A DNA stretch of 64,000 nt, taken from the IMG/VR virus record IMGVR_UViG_2864926767_000001; one strand, written 5' to 3'. Both the position numbers and the translations under genes were made by a program. The notes under the pieces were generated by a model. The model worked only from the letters and a program-made list of their open reading frames with translations. It had not been told where the DNA came from and did not search any database. Every line of letters starts with the position of its first letter. Position 1 is the first letter of the stretch. The DNA comes from a virus. This document shows positions 22,982-36,863 of this stretch, piece by piece.

Positions 22982-23103
22982 GGAGAAGCTGGAGCTGGAG
23001 CTGGAGCAGGAACTGGAGCAGGAACTGGAGCAGGAACTGGAGCAGGTGCAGGAACTGGAGCAGGTGCAGGAACTGGAGCAGGAGAAGGAGCAGGTGATGG
23101 TGC
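22982..23103. repeat. Hexamer-based tandem repeat (GGAGCT/GGAGCA/GGAACT/GGTGCA), about 20 units
   Basis: Read directly; 12- and 18-bp higher-order units. Confidence 0.9.
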
Positions 23104-24723
23104 GACCAGGGCTTGTTTTGAGTGCTAGGTTGTCCAGGGAGCTGCGTGGCGGAATGACTAACCATAGACAGAGTAGGCGTGGCAGGCTAATGCATCGCCT
23201 GATGAGAGGTCGGGTCAGGGCAGACAGTAATGTCCTCGCGGCCTGCTCAAAGAACGCCACGCTCCGAGAAATGGAGGGGCCTTGTTCGACTCTCCTGAGC
23301 AAGGGCAAGCGTCTCTTCGTGCTCTTATTGCATGTCTGGACGCCTTCTCAAGGTGGGCGAGGCGCAGCAGTCAGCTTCGCGTTTAACCAATACCTGCAGT
23401 CGACGGAGCACCGACTTCTGCATTTTGCAGAAGGAGCAAACTGGTTATATATCCGCAAATAAACGGATTTCTGTCATTTTAGTATCAAATTCTACATATG
23501 AATCCCGATATTTATCGTCATTTCTTCTTCTGCATTTTGCAGAAAAAGCCTTCTCAGACGGCGCATCCATCTCCCTGAGACCCATGATCTGGGTTCTGCA
23601 AAATGCAGAAATCCTCGCGTTTGGCGGGTTCTGCATTTTGCAGAAACTGCCTCGTGTGACTTCTGCATTTTGCAGAAGCAGGTCGATGGGGCTGGCTCCT
23701 TTGGGGCTGGATAGTTTCTGCATTGTGCAGAATATTCGCAATGCGACCTCCCTTGAGCGGTTCTCGCCAGCAGTTCGGCTTCGCCTGCTTTGCATCTTTA
23801 GAAGGTTCCGCATGCTTGTCGGGAGTCTTCCAAATGAGGTGATGATCTACTGAGGGTGGGGTGTTGTTTCTGCAAAATGCAGAAAGAGTCTCGCGTCTTG
23901 GAGTCTTCTTGCGGCGTACTGTTGGAGGGATGGGTTGGGTGTCGTTCGTTTAGCGGTTGGTAATCTTTTTTGTTACTGGCTTTAGTGGTGACTAGGTTGC
24001 CTTCTAAAGGTGTCCGCTTTGGCTTGTGGTACGCCTTAATGTTCCTGTCTTCTAATCGTGTATAGGTGTGAAGGATCTTTCTGCAAAGTGCAGAAGAAAA
24101 ATTGACCCGTCCGCTTATTGATAGTGGTCGCTCCGTAGCGCGTGTGTCCTTGGCTAAAGCCTGTTGTATTTGAATTGCGCCGCCATCAGCTAAGCGAAAT
24201 TCCATATGAGAAGAGTGCTCCTGGGGTGGGTTAGATGCGTGGTCAAATTCTTATGTTGTTGTCCATTATCTATCGGTTCGCTTTGAAGGTCGTGCCATGG
24301 TCGTGAGCTTAAGGGTTCTGAAATCCGATCTCCGTCCATCGCTATGGTTAGTCCCTGGGTTTGTCGTTAGTTGTTAGCGGTTTTGGCTTTGGATAGGGCC
24401 GATGTCGTGAGCGGTTGTAGTGCAGGGCTTTGCGTTGGGTGAGGTGCTTATTTCTGGTCTATGGGGTGTTAGATGTTGATAGGAAAACTGAGGAGGCCCA
24501 GGAGGTTAAGTGCCGGGGTGGTTAGCCCCTTTCTGTTATTCGCCTGGAACAGACGTGTTTGATAAGGCTTCGCTACTTGATGGCCAATGAGTCATGCATA
24601 GAAGTCTTTGACTGATCGCTTGCGAAGAATGCATCTCGGGATCACTCGCTGAGAGGAGAGCGCAATCCTGGGTGATGGCAGGGAGGAGGAGGGGAGGCTT
24701 GACTCAAGACATTGTTTGCATGG

Positions 24724-24739
24724 CTGTACATGTATACAG
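24724..24739. promoter_or_regulatory. LexA (SOS) box
   Basis: CTGTACATGTATACAG = CTGT-N8-ACAG with AT-alternating core. Confidence 0.7.
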
Positions 24740-25348
24740 CCTAGGCTTCTGCATTTTGCAGAACGTCAATTTTGAAGGCACGGTTATGCTTGTTCGCATC
24801 TTGAAATGTCGCGGAGAAACACCTTGCGGTTCTGTCAGATTTTAAAATCAGAAAGCCTCTAAGGGGTGGCGCGATTCAGGGTGGAGCTTGAAGATCTTGA
24901 TCATGTGAAAACCCGAAGCTCCGTTCCGGTCTGACTGAGCTTCTGGCTGAGTTGGAGGAAGAGGCGCGGATCAGCTAACCAGGGTGATCATGGGTTATGT
25001 GGTGGGTAGGGTGGTGGGGAGTGTTCGATCTTCTGATGGAGGGGGCTTTTTTTTGGGGGGTAGGTGATCGAACTCGGCTCGAGGCCAGGCGCTGTGAGCA
25101 TATTGTGGTGTGTAACCAGTGTGCAGGTACATTAATCCAGATTTGTTAATCGTCGAAACCACTGTATTAATTGACATGTTGTCAAGTTTGATTACTTCAC
25201 CTACTGTGTTGGATATCAAATGGCTACACAGAATCAACTGCCTGTTCTGTGTAGCTAAACCGTAATGCGTTGCCTGGATACACAATCACCAGCAGCTCTA
25301 TTACGGGGATTGCCAGTCATTCTGTGTTACCAAAGTAGGATTTGAGCT

Positions 25349-27130
25349 ATGGATACTCCCTTTGAACTGGCAATGAACTTGTTCGGGCCCGGTGAGGCTG
25401 GCGAAGGGCTGATAACGCTTGGATTCTTTCTAGGGGAGGTTGAAGCTCAGACCATCCAGGACTCCATCCCATCTTGGTTCAGTCCTTCTTTCGAGGGCAT
25501 AGCAGAGATAGTGCTTGAAGTGATGACGGAGAAGGGCCTCCTGAACGGCGCTCGATACCAAGAGCACCTGGACGTCTGGCGAAAGCACGTGATGGAGCTG
25601 ACAGGGGAGGGGAAGGAGGTTATTCAACGGATCGGCTATGAACCTGTCGACCTTGGCTCTGCCTTCCTGGACGGGCACCTGTACTACCCGGTGCAGACAC
25701 TGATTCGAAAGTCTTCCTTCGGACAAGGTGGGCCGGTCAATTCAAGCGAGCGCATTGACGTAGTAGTAATTCGCTCCGACCGTACACTCTTGGAGATCCG
25801 CGAATCGAAGGACGAACACGGCCGGCGTACTGGGATTACGCGCCTGGACGATGGCACTCTTCTGCAAAAATACCCGGCTGGCAGCGATCACGCGACTTGG
25901 AGCTGGGAGAGCATCCAGAGCTACCTACGCGAGGACTACCCCAGAAAACCCATTGCAAACCTCGCCATGCGGATTGTAAGACACCTTCGCAAAGCCGCTT
26001 GGCTGCCGGACGAAAATGATTACTGGGTACTGACGTGTACTGTGATCTGCTCCTACGTGCAGGCGATCTTCGACGCAGTGCCTCTGATCCTTCTCAATGG
26101 ATCGCACAACAGCGGCAAGAGCCAGCTGGGCGTCGCCATGAAGGCGGTCTCGTGCAACGCAGTGATGATCGGCATGGTGTCACCGAGCTCCATGATGCGG
26201 CTTATGGATGAAGCTCGGGGCCTGGTGGTCATTGATGACCTGGAGTCGATTGGCGGAGCCGACAAGAGCAAAGGCAAGGAGAAGTTCAGCGACATGATGC
26301 AAACGCTGAAATTGTCCTACAAGAAGGAAACAGCCAAGAAGGTCATAACCAATCAACATCGGACTTCCGAGACAATGAACTTCTTCGGGGTCAAGGTCAT
26401 CTCCAACACAGAAGGGGTGGACGAGATCCTCGGGAGCCGGATGCTCCATGTGAGCACAAGCCAGATTCCCAAGCATGAGGTCGATGACTTCCTGCAGCGA
26501 AGCGGGGTAAGCGAGTCTGAACTACGCGTTCTAAGGGACGATCTTCATACCTGGGCGTTTGACCACGTAGCCGAGATCAATGAAATCTACCAGGAAGAGC
26601 TTGCAGGGGCCTCAGAGCGCGAGAAAGAGATTGCGGCACCTCTACGCACCATAGCTCGCTTAATTCGCCTGGAAGGCGTCCTACAGGCCGTGGAAGAGGC
26701 GGTCGGGCGTAAAGCCCTTGCTCAGAGGACATTCTCCAGCGCCGAGGACGGTCTCAAAGCAGTGTTGAACGGCCTGGCCGGCGAGGGTAGGGCAGCCGTA
26801 TCTGTTATCGAGATCGCGCTGAGGCTTCGAGCTGTAATGCGAGTGCCAATCACTAGGAGGAATCCTCCGGTCTGGACGAAGTCTGATTGGGTGTCGAAGA
26901 AAGCCCGCAGCCTGGGCTATATCGACGAAGACCTGGGAAGAACACGCATCTACGGCTACCAGACCAAGCAACTCAAAATCAGCCCGGAGAAGAGGCTTGA
27001 GAACGGGGCTATGGAGCTCAGTGAAGCGAAGATCGACACGTTCTGCGGGGGGTGCAAGCGCTGCCCGTACAACAAGCTGCAGTGCGAAATCATGCCCGGC
27101 AGGCTCAAAAAAGAAGGCGTCCTGGGTTGA
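25349..27130 (+). CDS. P-loop NTPase, primase-associated helicase-like (SF3/DUF3631-like) with C-terminal Cys cluster
   Basis: PLILLNGSHNSGKS (Walker A), VVIDDLE (Walker B), ILGSR, CGGCKRCPY..C. Confidence 0.65.
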   Translation: MDTPFELAMNLFGPGEAGEGLITLGFFLGEVEAQTIQDSIPSWFSPSFEGIAEIVLEVMTEKGLLNGARYQEHLDVWRKHVMELTGEGKEVIQRIGYEPVDLGSAFLDGHLYYPVQTLIRKSSFGQGGPVNSSERIDVVVIRSDRTLLEIRESKDEHGRRTGITRLDDGTLLQKYPAGSDHATWSWESIQSYLREDYPRKPIANLAMRIVRHLRKAAWLPDENDYWVLTCTVICSYVQAIFDAVPLILLNGSHNSGKSQLGVAMKAVSCNAVMIGMVSPSSMMRLMDEARGLVVIDDLESIGGADKSKGKEKFSDMMQTLKLSYKKETAKKVITNQHRTSETMNFFGVKVISNTEGVDEILGSRMLHVSTSQIPKHEVDDFLQRSGVSESELRVLRDDLHTWAFDHVAEINEIYQEELAGASEREKEIAAPLRTIARLIRLEGVLQAVEEAVGRKALAQRTFSSAEDGLKAVLNGLAGEGRAAVSVIEIALRLRAVMRVPITRRNPPVWTKSDWVSKKARSLGYIDEDLGRTRIYGYQTKQLKISPEKRLENGAMELSEAKIDTFCGGCKRCPYNKLQCEIMPGRLKKEGVLG

Positions 27131-27158
27131 GCAGGACGCCTCGACAGGGCTCTATCGG

Positions 27159-28688
27159 TCAGCGCGACATAGCTACCGACTGGTCTGCTTGCTTGGGCTG
27201 ACGCAGCTGAGCTGGAACCTTCTGAGCAAGCTGAACCCGCAGGGCGCCGGCCATGAAGCGGAGCTTCTTCTCGTCGACCGAAAGTCCCATTTTTGGCAAC
27301 TGATCGCAAAGCTTGGGAATGTCCTCTGCGAAATACGCCAACGCAGTCTTCTCGTCGATCCCCTTCACTTTCCGGTTGTAACCGGTGTGGAAGGTAAACA
27401 GCGCGTGGGCAACGTCTGAATAGGCCGGGATCTCAATTTTGAGTTCCTGGTTGACGATCTCACGCACCAGGTCACTGAAATTACCAGTGGTCGAGAAGGA
27501 CTTCAGTGCTTTGATGTGCCGCGTCCTGAGGCTTGCGTAGTAGTTCTGCTCGACGGTGACATCAAGCTCCTGCGGAGCCTGTTTGACCTCGAGAGATGCC
27601 TCACGGTAAGTCGTCATTCCCCAGCGAACCTCGCCCGTTACCCAGGCCTCGAGGTTCTGGCCATGGATCTCGTTGAGCATGTGGAACGACTCAGGAGCGT
27701 ACTTCATCAGGGCCGTGATGATCAGACCTGGAAGCTCCTCCGGAGTGTTGCCGGCTTCAATCGGGCGGTTGCAGTCTCGCAGGCCAATTTGTGCCAGGAA
27801 GATAACCAGCTTGCGAATGTCAGCCTTATGGCCGTATAGCCTCATTTCACGCCCGGCGCAGTCGCGCGCCAAGTTGTGGTAAGAGCCGTCAGTGCCGAAG
27901 GCATAGATGCTTTGCCCATGGGTATCTTCAAAGCGCTGGAAGCTGCAATCGATCACATCAGGCAGCACGTCATGGGCGCCGATCACGTCGCCAGAGAAGT
28001 GCCTACGACGAGTGCTCTGACCAACGCCGTTCGGGTTGATCTTGAGTTTGCTGGCAAACCGGCCTTCTTTGATGGCGTTCTTCACGTCATCGGATGCCAG
28101 GCCCAGGATGTTGTCGATAGACATGGCTTTGCCAGGCTTATGCCAGGCACGAGGCGCCACGCCCCCATCAGGGTTGTGGCTCGGGTAGTAATACATCCTG
28201 GAGGGGTTACGGCAGGACTGATCCATGTCGATGTTCTGCGCTAGCAGAACTTCGAAGCAAGTAGGCCACTGCTCTACAGGGATAGGTTCCGCGAGGCGAA
28301 CCACCATCCTGTATTTCCAGGGTGTTTCCACAGAGAAGTTGTGGGTCGAGTAGCAGACGTACTCATAGCCCTTGAATAGGTCTTCGGCGTACTGGAGCGC
28401 ACCGATCTTGTCGAGGTCGATGACCAAGGCGGTCACGGACTCGATGTTGATGTCAGCCTTGAAGTGTGGAGTCCCATCCTTGGTGTAAACCGTCACGCAT
28501 TCGTTGTCTGGCTTCATGGCAACCGGCATGAAGCATTCGCCGTCCTTGGAGCGGCGGAGGCGGTGTCTTAGCAGGTCTTCCTTGAAGTCGTCCCAAGACG
28601 GCTCCACGATGCCCTCGTCGACATCAAGGTCGAAGACATTATCGAGGTTCACAACGAACAGGTAGTCAGCGGCTTGGACTTCAGACAT
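27159..28688 (-). CDS. Archaeo-eukaryotic primase (AEP)-type primase/polymerase domain protein
   Basis: ALVIDLD, YSTHN, KYRMVVRL, DQSCRNPSRMYYYP. Confidence 0.7.
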   Translation of the reverse strand: MSEVQAADYLFVVNLDNVFDLDVDEGIVEPSWDDFKEDLLRHRLRRSKDGECFMPVAMKPDNECVTVYTKDGTPHFKADINIESVTALVIDLDKIGALQYAEDLFKGYEYVCYSTHNFSVETPWKYRMVVRLAEPIPVEQWPTCFEVLLAQNIDMDQSCRNPSRMYYYPSHNPDGGVAPRAWHKPGKAMSIDNILGLASDDVKNAIKEGRFASKLKINPNGVGQSTRRRHFSGDVIGAHDVLPDVIDCSFQRFEDTHGQSIYAFGTDGSYHNLARDCAGREMRLYGHKADIRKLVIFLAQIGLRDCNRPIEAGNTPEELPGLIITALMKYAPESFHMLNEIHGQNLEAWVTGEVRWGMTTYREASLEVKQAPQELDVTVEQNYYASLRTRHIKALKSFSTTGNFSDLVREIVNQELKIEIPAYSDVAHALFTFHTGYNRKVKGIDEKTALAYFAEDIPKLCDQLPKMGLSVDEKKLRFMAGALRVQLAQKVPAQLRQPKQADQSVAMSR

Positions 28689-28831
28689 GACGAGATCTCT
28701 CTATGACAATTCATCTTAAAAGGTGATTTGTTGGGCGCGCAACACGTGCATGAGGGGCGGGCGGATAAAAATTGACCATGTACATCTCCTTTTGATAGAA
28801 ATTGCACCCCACCTCAGGAAATGTTGCCTCC

Positions 28832-29470
28832 ATGAAGCACCTGCCCATCGCAGTCGACCTGGACGATGTTGTCGTCGTGTTCGGCCACACCCTGCATGCA
28901 GCCGCTGAAAAGGCCGGCCTGAACCCACCGAAGTTCGAGGACTGGTACACCTACAACCTCTGCACGCTGCTGAACATCAACCTCGAGCAGTTCTACAGCC
29001 TGATCATCAGGAGCGAAGTACTGAAGATCGCTCCAGTGGTGAAAGGTGCCAAGGCGGCCCTGGAGCAGCTCAAGGCAAGCGGGCACCAGCTGGTAATGAT
29101 CACCTCGCGGGGTTATCACCCGGACGCCTACGCCATCACCATGGGCTGGCTGAAGCTGCATGGGATTCCTTGTGACGAACTGATCGTTGTTCCCGAGGGC
29201 ATGACAAAGCCGGAAGCCGTAGCGCTGAAGTACCCCAATGGGTTCTCCTACATGATCGACGATTACCAGAAGAACCTGGCCGACATGAAGGCTGCAGGGA
29301 TGGTTCAGCGTACCGTCCTGGTCGATAAGCCTTGGAACAAAGCCCTCACCGAATACCGGATGGGCGTGAACCGGTTTGAATCGCTGGCCACATTCGTCGA
29401 GTCGCTGAAGGTAGAGGTCTGCCCACCAAGCCAGCGCCGGCAGGAAGAAGAAGCCGCACTGGCAATCTGA
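28832..29470 (+). CDS. 5'(3')-deoxyribonucleotidase (NT5C, HAD family)
   Basis: IAVDLDDVV, MITSR, K, YMIDDY, PWN. Confidence 0.8.
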   Translation: MKHLPIAVDLDDVVVVFGHTLHAAAEKAGLNPPKFEDWYTYNLCTLLNINLEQFYSLIIRSEVLKIAPVVKGAKAALEQLKASGHQLVMITSRGYHPDAYAITMGWLKLHGIPCDELIVVPEGMTKPEAVALKYPNGFSYMIDDYQKNLADMKAAGMVQRTVLVDKPWNKALTEYRMGVNRFESLATFVESLKVEVCPPSQRRQEEEAALAI

Positions 29471-29593
29471 CCCTGCAATTAGTGATATATTGGCGGCAGT
29501 GGTCTAACCCGATTCCTACGGTCACTGCTGTCAATGTTATGGACATGGTCTGATAGAAGGCCAAGCAGGAATCATTGAATCCCGAGGCATTCA

Positions 29594-30715
29594 ATGATGA
29601 ATACCCCCGCCCCAAAGCGCGATCTCATGAAGTTGTTGAAGGAGATTGCGATCATCGGCGCCGCTCTCTGCGCCGGTTATTTCTTCATTACCCAAGCTCA
29701 CAAGCAAAGCGCTGACGCGCCCAAAGCCGAACAGGTCGCGCAGAGCCCAACGAACGCCGACACGGCAGGGCAGGCAGCCCAGGGCGGGGAAATCCAGCGA
29801 GACGACGCTATTGCAGCTCAAGAGCCCGAGGTTACTCAGGATGAGCGCAATGCTCGAATCAAGGGCATCCTGGAGAAGCGCGCCGCCGAAGTGGACGCTG
29901 CCGGCCCGGTGCAGTTCAACTTGCCCGTCCATGGTGCGACAGACAAGCCGCGAATCCAGACCCTCCCAGCCATTCAAGCCACTCCTGCTGAAGCACTAGC
30001 CCCGGCAAAGCCGGTAAGTAGCGAGCAGGGTGGGGCTTCGGCTTCCGCGAACGGTTCTGATGTCACCAGTACCCTTCATCCGGCCCCGTTGGTTGACCAG
30101 GATGCAGCAGCCAGCATCACCGCCCACCGCACCGCCTACCTGGAAAAGCGCAAGACTGAGCCGGGCCTTCAAGGCATCTTCAAGATCGGCACCCACGTCG
30201 ACGGCGCGGCCATGACCCCGGCCGAGACTGCAGAGCAGATAAGACAAACCCTGGCCAAGATCCCTGATGAGTGGACGATCAGCTACAAGGCAGCGAACGA
30301 GCGCGCCAGGATCTACGTCTTCACGGACATCACGTGTCCGTTCTGCGCCAAGCTCCACAACTCTCTGAACGAGATCCTGGCTGCCGGCGTCAGCGTGCAC
30401 TACCTGATGTATCCGCGCGATATGGCCCGCGACGAGTCCAAGATCAGCCCCACCGCCGCAGACATGATCAACATCTGGTGCGCACCAAACCAGCAAGAGG
30501 CTATCAACGATGCCTTCCACAAGTACAAGCCGCGCGAAGCCCGTTGCGACGCACTGCCGAAAGACATCGTCCGGATCAAACCGCCGGTAATGGATCACTA
30601 CCGCATCGGCGACGTGTTCAACGTGAACGGCACCCCGACGATCTACGCCTCCATTGGCACGCACACGGTCGGGTTCTCCGACGCCGCCAAGCTTCTGGCA
30701 GAGCTTGGGCTGTAA
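29594..30715 (+). CDS. dsbC: Membrane-anchored DsbC-like thiol:disulfide isomerase
   Basis: YVFTDITCPFCAKLH, YPR, IWCA, NVNGTPTI; N-terminal TM plus linker. Confidence 0.85.
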   Translation: MMNTPAPKRDLMKLLKEIAIIGAALCAGYFFITQAHKQSADAPKAEQVAQSPTNADTAGQAAQGGEIQRDDAIAAQEPEVTQDERNARIKGILEKRAAEVDAAGPVQFNLPVHGATDKPRIQTLPAIQATPAEALAPAKPVSSEQGGASASANGSDVTSTLHPAPLVDQDAAASITAHRTAYLEKRKTEPGLQGIFKIGTHVDGAAMTPAETAEQIRQTLAKIPDEWTISYKAANERARIYVFTDITCPFCAKLHNSLNEILAAGVSVHYLMYPRDMARDESKISPTAADMINIWCAPNQQEAINDAFHKYKPREARCDALPKDIVRIKPPVMDHYRIGDVFNVNGTPTIYASIGTHTVGFSDAAKLLAELGL

Positions 30716-30727
30716 GCGCCAGCAACG

Positions 30728-30754
30728 AAAAAGCCCCGCGATGCGGGGCTTTTT
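30728..30754. terminator. Bidirectional intrinsic terminator
   Basis: AAAAAGCCCCGC-GAT-GCGGGGCTTTTT. Confidence 0.85.
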
Positions 30755-30766
30755 CATGGAGGCAAT

Positions 30767-31525
30767 TCAGAATTCCAGAGTGAGGGCGACTGCCTCGTTG
30801 CCTGCCTTCTTGGCGATACGAGCACAGGAGGCCTCGTGGCGCTCTCTGTCAGCTTTTGAGACGCTGGCTACCCGTAGGGCGCCCCTTTGTAGCGAAACCC
30901 TCTCAGGCGTGAGGATAGGGCCGATAGCGGCGTAGCTCTCTTCGACCTGCAGGGTGTTCTGCTGAACGGTCATCTCCATAAAGACCATGCTCAGCAGCAT
31001 GGCGTCCTTGAGGGCTCCGTGAAGTTCCCGGTCGATATCGCAGTTTGGTAGGTATCGGGAGACCAGGGCGTCCAGGTTGTTCCTCTTGCCTGGGTGTTTT
31101 GCCCTAGCGAGACTCAGCGAGTCGATGACCCCAATACCCATCTGCTCAATCGAGCTGGCACCGAAGGTGTTCATCTCCCAGTTTAGGAACCCAATGTCGA
31201 AAGACGCGTTGTGAGCGACTACAGTCGTGGGCCCAGGAAGGCTGCCATCTCCCTTCAAGAAGGAGCGCAGACTGGGGAGGATGTCCTGGAAGGTCTTTCC
31301 ACCGCCGAGGCGAATGGCGTCATCACGTGAGATCCCGTGTACCGCGTATGCCTCCTCCGGAACATCCCGTTGGGGGTCAAAATACCGGTGATAGATCTTC
31401 CCGGTCGGTTTGCGGTTGAAGTACTCAACAATGCCGATTTCCAGCAATCGATGGCCTTCCTTCCACTCGAACCCAGTCGACTCAGAGTCGAGGATGCAAA
31501 GTCTTCCGGACGTCATCTCAATCAT
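30767..31525 (-). CDS. dnaQ: DNA polymerase III epsilon (3'-5' exonuclease)
   Basis: LDSESTG, HNASFDIGFL, NNLDAL, HGALKDA, C-terminal alpha-binding-like helix. Confidence 0.92.
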   Translation of the reverse strand: MIEMTSGRLCILDSESTGFEWKEGHRLLEIGIVEYFNRKPTGKIYHRYFDPQRDVPEEAYAVHGISRDDAIRLGGGKTFQDILPSLRSFLKGDGSLPGPTTVVAHNASFDIGFLNWEMNTFGASSIEQMGIGVIDSLSLARAKHPGKRNNLDALVSRYLPNCDIDRELHGALKDAMLLSMVFMEMTVQQNTLQVEESYAAIGPILTPERVSLQRGALRVASVSKADRERHEASCARIAKKAGNEAVALTLEF

Positions 31526-31572
31526 GCGTATGCCCTCAAGCTATGCCGTAGTGTGGCATGGGAGACGGAACA

Positions 31573-33135
31573 CTAAAAAGGTCGCTCGGGGGCATCAACA
31601 AACGTGATCCCCTCTACATGGCTGGCCGCGTTGATCTCAACCCCAGGCCCGTCCCCAGAAAGGCTGTTCGCGAGAGCAATACTCCGCTGCCGAGCATCGT
31701 CGGCGACGACGTCTGGAAGCGTGAATAACCCTGAAATTGAACCAGCCACCAGGTTGACGAACTTCGTGAAGCGGCCCATCCATCCAAGCTTGGCCGTGCC
31801 AAGTGCACCAGCACGCTGCTTACCGACGATGATCTCGGCGATCCCCTTGTCTTCAGTCTCGGGGTGGTACACCTCGTCTCGGTAAACGAACATGATCAGG
31901 TTGGCGTCTTGTTCGATAGCACCCGACTCTCGCAGGTCGGAGTTCATAGGACGCTTGTTGGGGCGCGCCTCAAGCGCACGGCTGAGCTGCGACAGGGCAA
32001 TCACTGCGATATTGAAGGTCTTGGCGATTGTCTTTAGGGCCATGGAGTTCGCGCCAACAGCGGCAGCCATGTTCCCGCCCCATTTCTCATCGAGTGCCAT
32101 CAGTTGAAGGTAGTCGACCAGGATGAAATCGAGTTGACCATGCTCTTCAATGAAGTCGTAGATGATCGAGGTCATCTGCATTGGGGACAGCGCCGGCTCA
32201 TCGCAGACGAAGAGCTTGAGCCCCTGGACTTGGCTAAGGCTTGCGCCAAGTTTCTCGACTTCCCCGTGCTTAAGCTTGCCGGTTCGGAGGTTATGGGCGT
32301 CAATTTCGCCATAGCCGGAGACTGTTCGCTGGAAGAGCTGGTCAGCAGGCATCTCCATCGAGAAGACCAGACCAACCTTTCCTTGGAACTTAGCCGCATG
32401 TTCAGCAATGTTCATGGCAAAGGTGGTTTTACCCATGGCCGGGCGACCAGCAATGATCACCAGGTCAGTCGGCTGCATGCTGACAATGATGTCATCAAGC
32501 GCAGCAAACCCTGACTGGATTCCGGGTATCTCACCGTCTTCGATCTTCTTCTTGAACGCCTGGGCCCATTGCTCGCCAATCTGCGAGTAGGAGAAGAACC
32601 TTTTCTTCTTGCTGCGCAGGGCTGTGCCGGCGCGAGACAGCTTGGCACTGATCGTATGAATGGTGGCTTCTACAGGGATCGAGGAGTCCCTGATGTCCTT
32701 TGCCGAACGCAGCAGGGCCTGCAGCGAACTGGCACGGACTGCGAGCTCCTTCATGGCATGTACGTTCTGAACCACTGCGTCGTGCCGGGGGATCTCTGTG
32801 AGAATCCCCATGACATAGGGCTCCAGGTCGCTGCCGGCGAATTTCGACATGGCAATCTCGGGGGTTACACCCCGCTCAGCCTGGAATTCGGTGTTGATCC
32901 AGTCGAAGAATGCCTTGGCATTGGGCGATAGGAAGTCAGAAGGGGCGAGCCCATCCAGCTGCCTGAGGAGAGACGGGGTCTCAAGAACCGTGACGAGAAC
33001 GCTCTTTTCTAGGGGAATTGCACGAAGGTGAAAGTCCTCACCTACGGCACTCAACGGTTCTGCGGACATGCCAAGGGCTCCGATAGAAGGGGACGGCGAG
33101 TATATGCCGTCGCGTTTTTCTGTCAATTGATGCAA
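31573..33135 (-). CDS. dnaB: Replicative helicase DnaB
   Basis: AGRPAMGKT, FSMEM, VDYLQLM, LSQLSR, SDLRESGAIEQDA, KQRAG. Confidence 0.95.
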   Translation of the reverse strand: MHQLTEKRDGIYSPSPSIGALGMSAEPLSAVGEDFHLRAIPLEKSVLVTVLETPSLLRQLDGLAPSDFLSPNAKAFFDWINTEFQAERGVTPEIAMSKFAGSDLEPYVMGILTEIPRHDAVVQNVHAMKELAVRASSLQALLRSAKDIRDSSIPVEATIHTISAKLSRAGTALRSKKKRFFSYSQIGEQWAQAFKKKIEDGEIPGIQSGFAALDDIIVSMQPTDLVIIAGRPAMGKTTFAMNIAEHAAKFQGKVGLVFSMEMPADQLFQRTVSGYGEIDAHNLRTGKLKHGEVEKLGASLSQVQGLKLFVCDEPALSPMQMTSIIYDFIEEHGQLDFILVDYLQLMALDEKWGGNMAAAVGANSMALKTIAKTFNIAVIALSQLSRALEARPNKRPMNSDLRESGAIEQDANLIMFVYRDEVYHPETEDKGIAEIIVGKQRAGALGTAKLGWMGRFTKFVNLVAGSISGLFTLPDVVADDARQRSIALANSLSGDGPGVEINAASHVEGITFVDAPERPF

Positions 33136-33185
33136 TATTCACTCATCTGCCAGGGTATAGAAAGCCCCTAAAGCCGGAGTCTGCC

Positions 33186-36818
<3,633 letters not shown>

Positions 36819-36863
36819 TCCATCCTCCAACACCGAGGCGGCGCGAGAGATCGCGCCGATTTC

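Larger units (their letters stand above)
21933..24763. repeat. Cluster of about 16 palindromes TTCTGCAWWWTGCAGAA (putative parS centromere or origin repeats)
   Basis: Copies at about 21933, 22007, 22119, 22329, 22627, 22727, 22762, 23416, 23528, 23594, 23629, 23661, 23716, 23868, 24079, 24747; degenerate at about 22545 and 23789; directly upstream of parA. Confidence 0.85.

Noticed and set aside
21933-24763. CRISPR array interpretation of the 17-bp repeats
   Set aside because: Repeats are too short, occur in both orientations, have very irregular spacing (about 15 to 650 bp), and there are no cas genes
25162-25177. Second LexA box CTGTATTAATTGACAT
   Set aside because: Mismatch in the invariant CAG; better explained by the overlapping TTGACA-N3-TGTCAA palindrome
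22067-25285. Short ORFs in the par-proximal region (FCILQK-containing)
   Set aside because: They are translations of the DNA palindrome and VNTR, with no SD or codon bias
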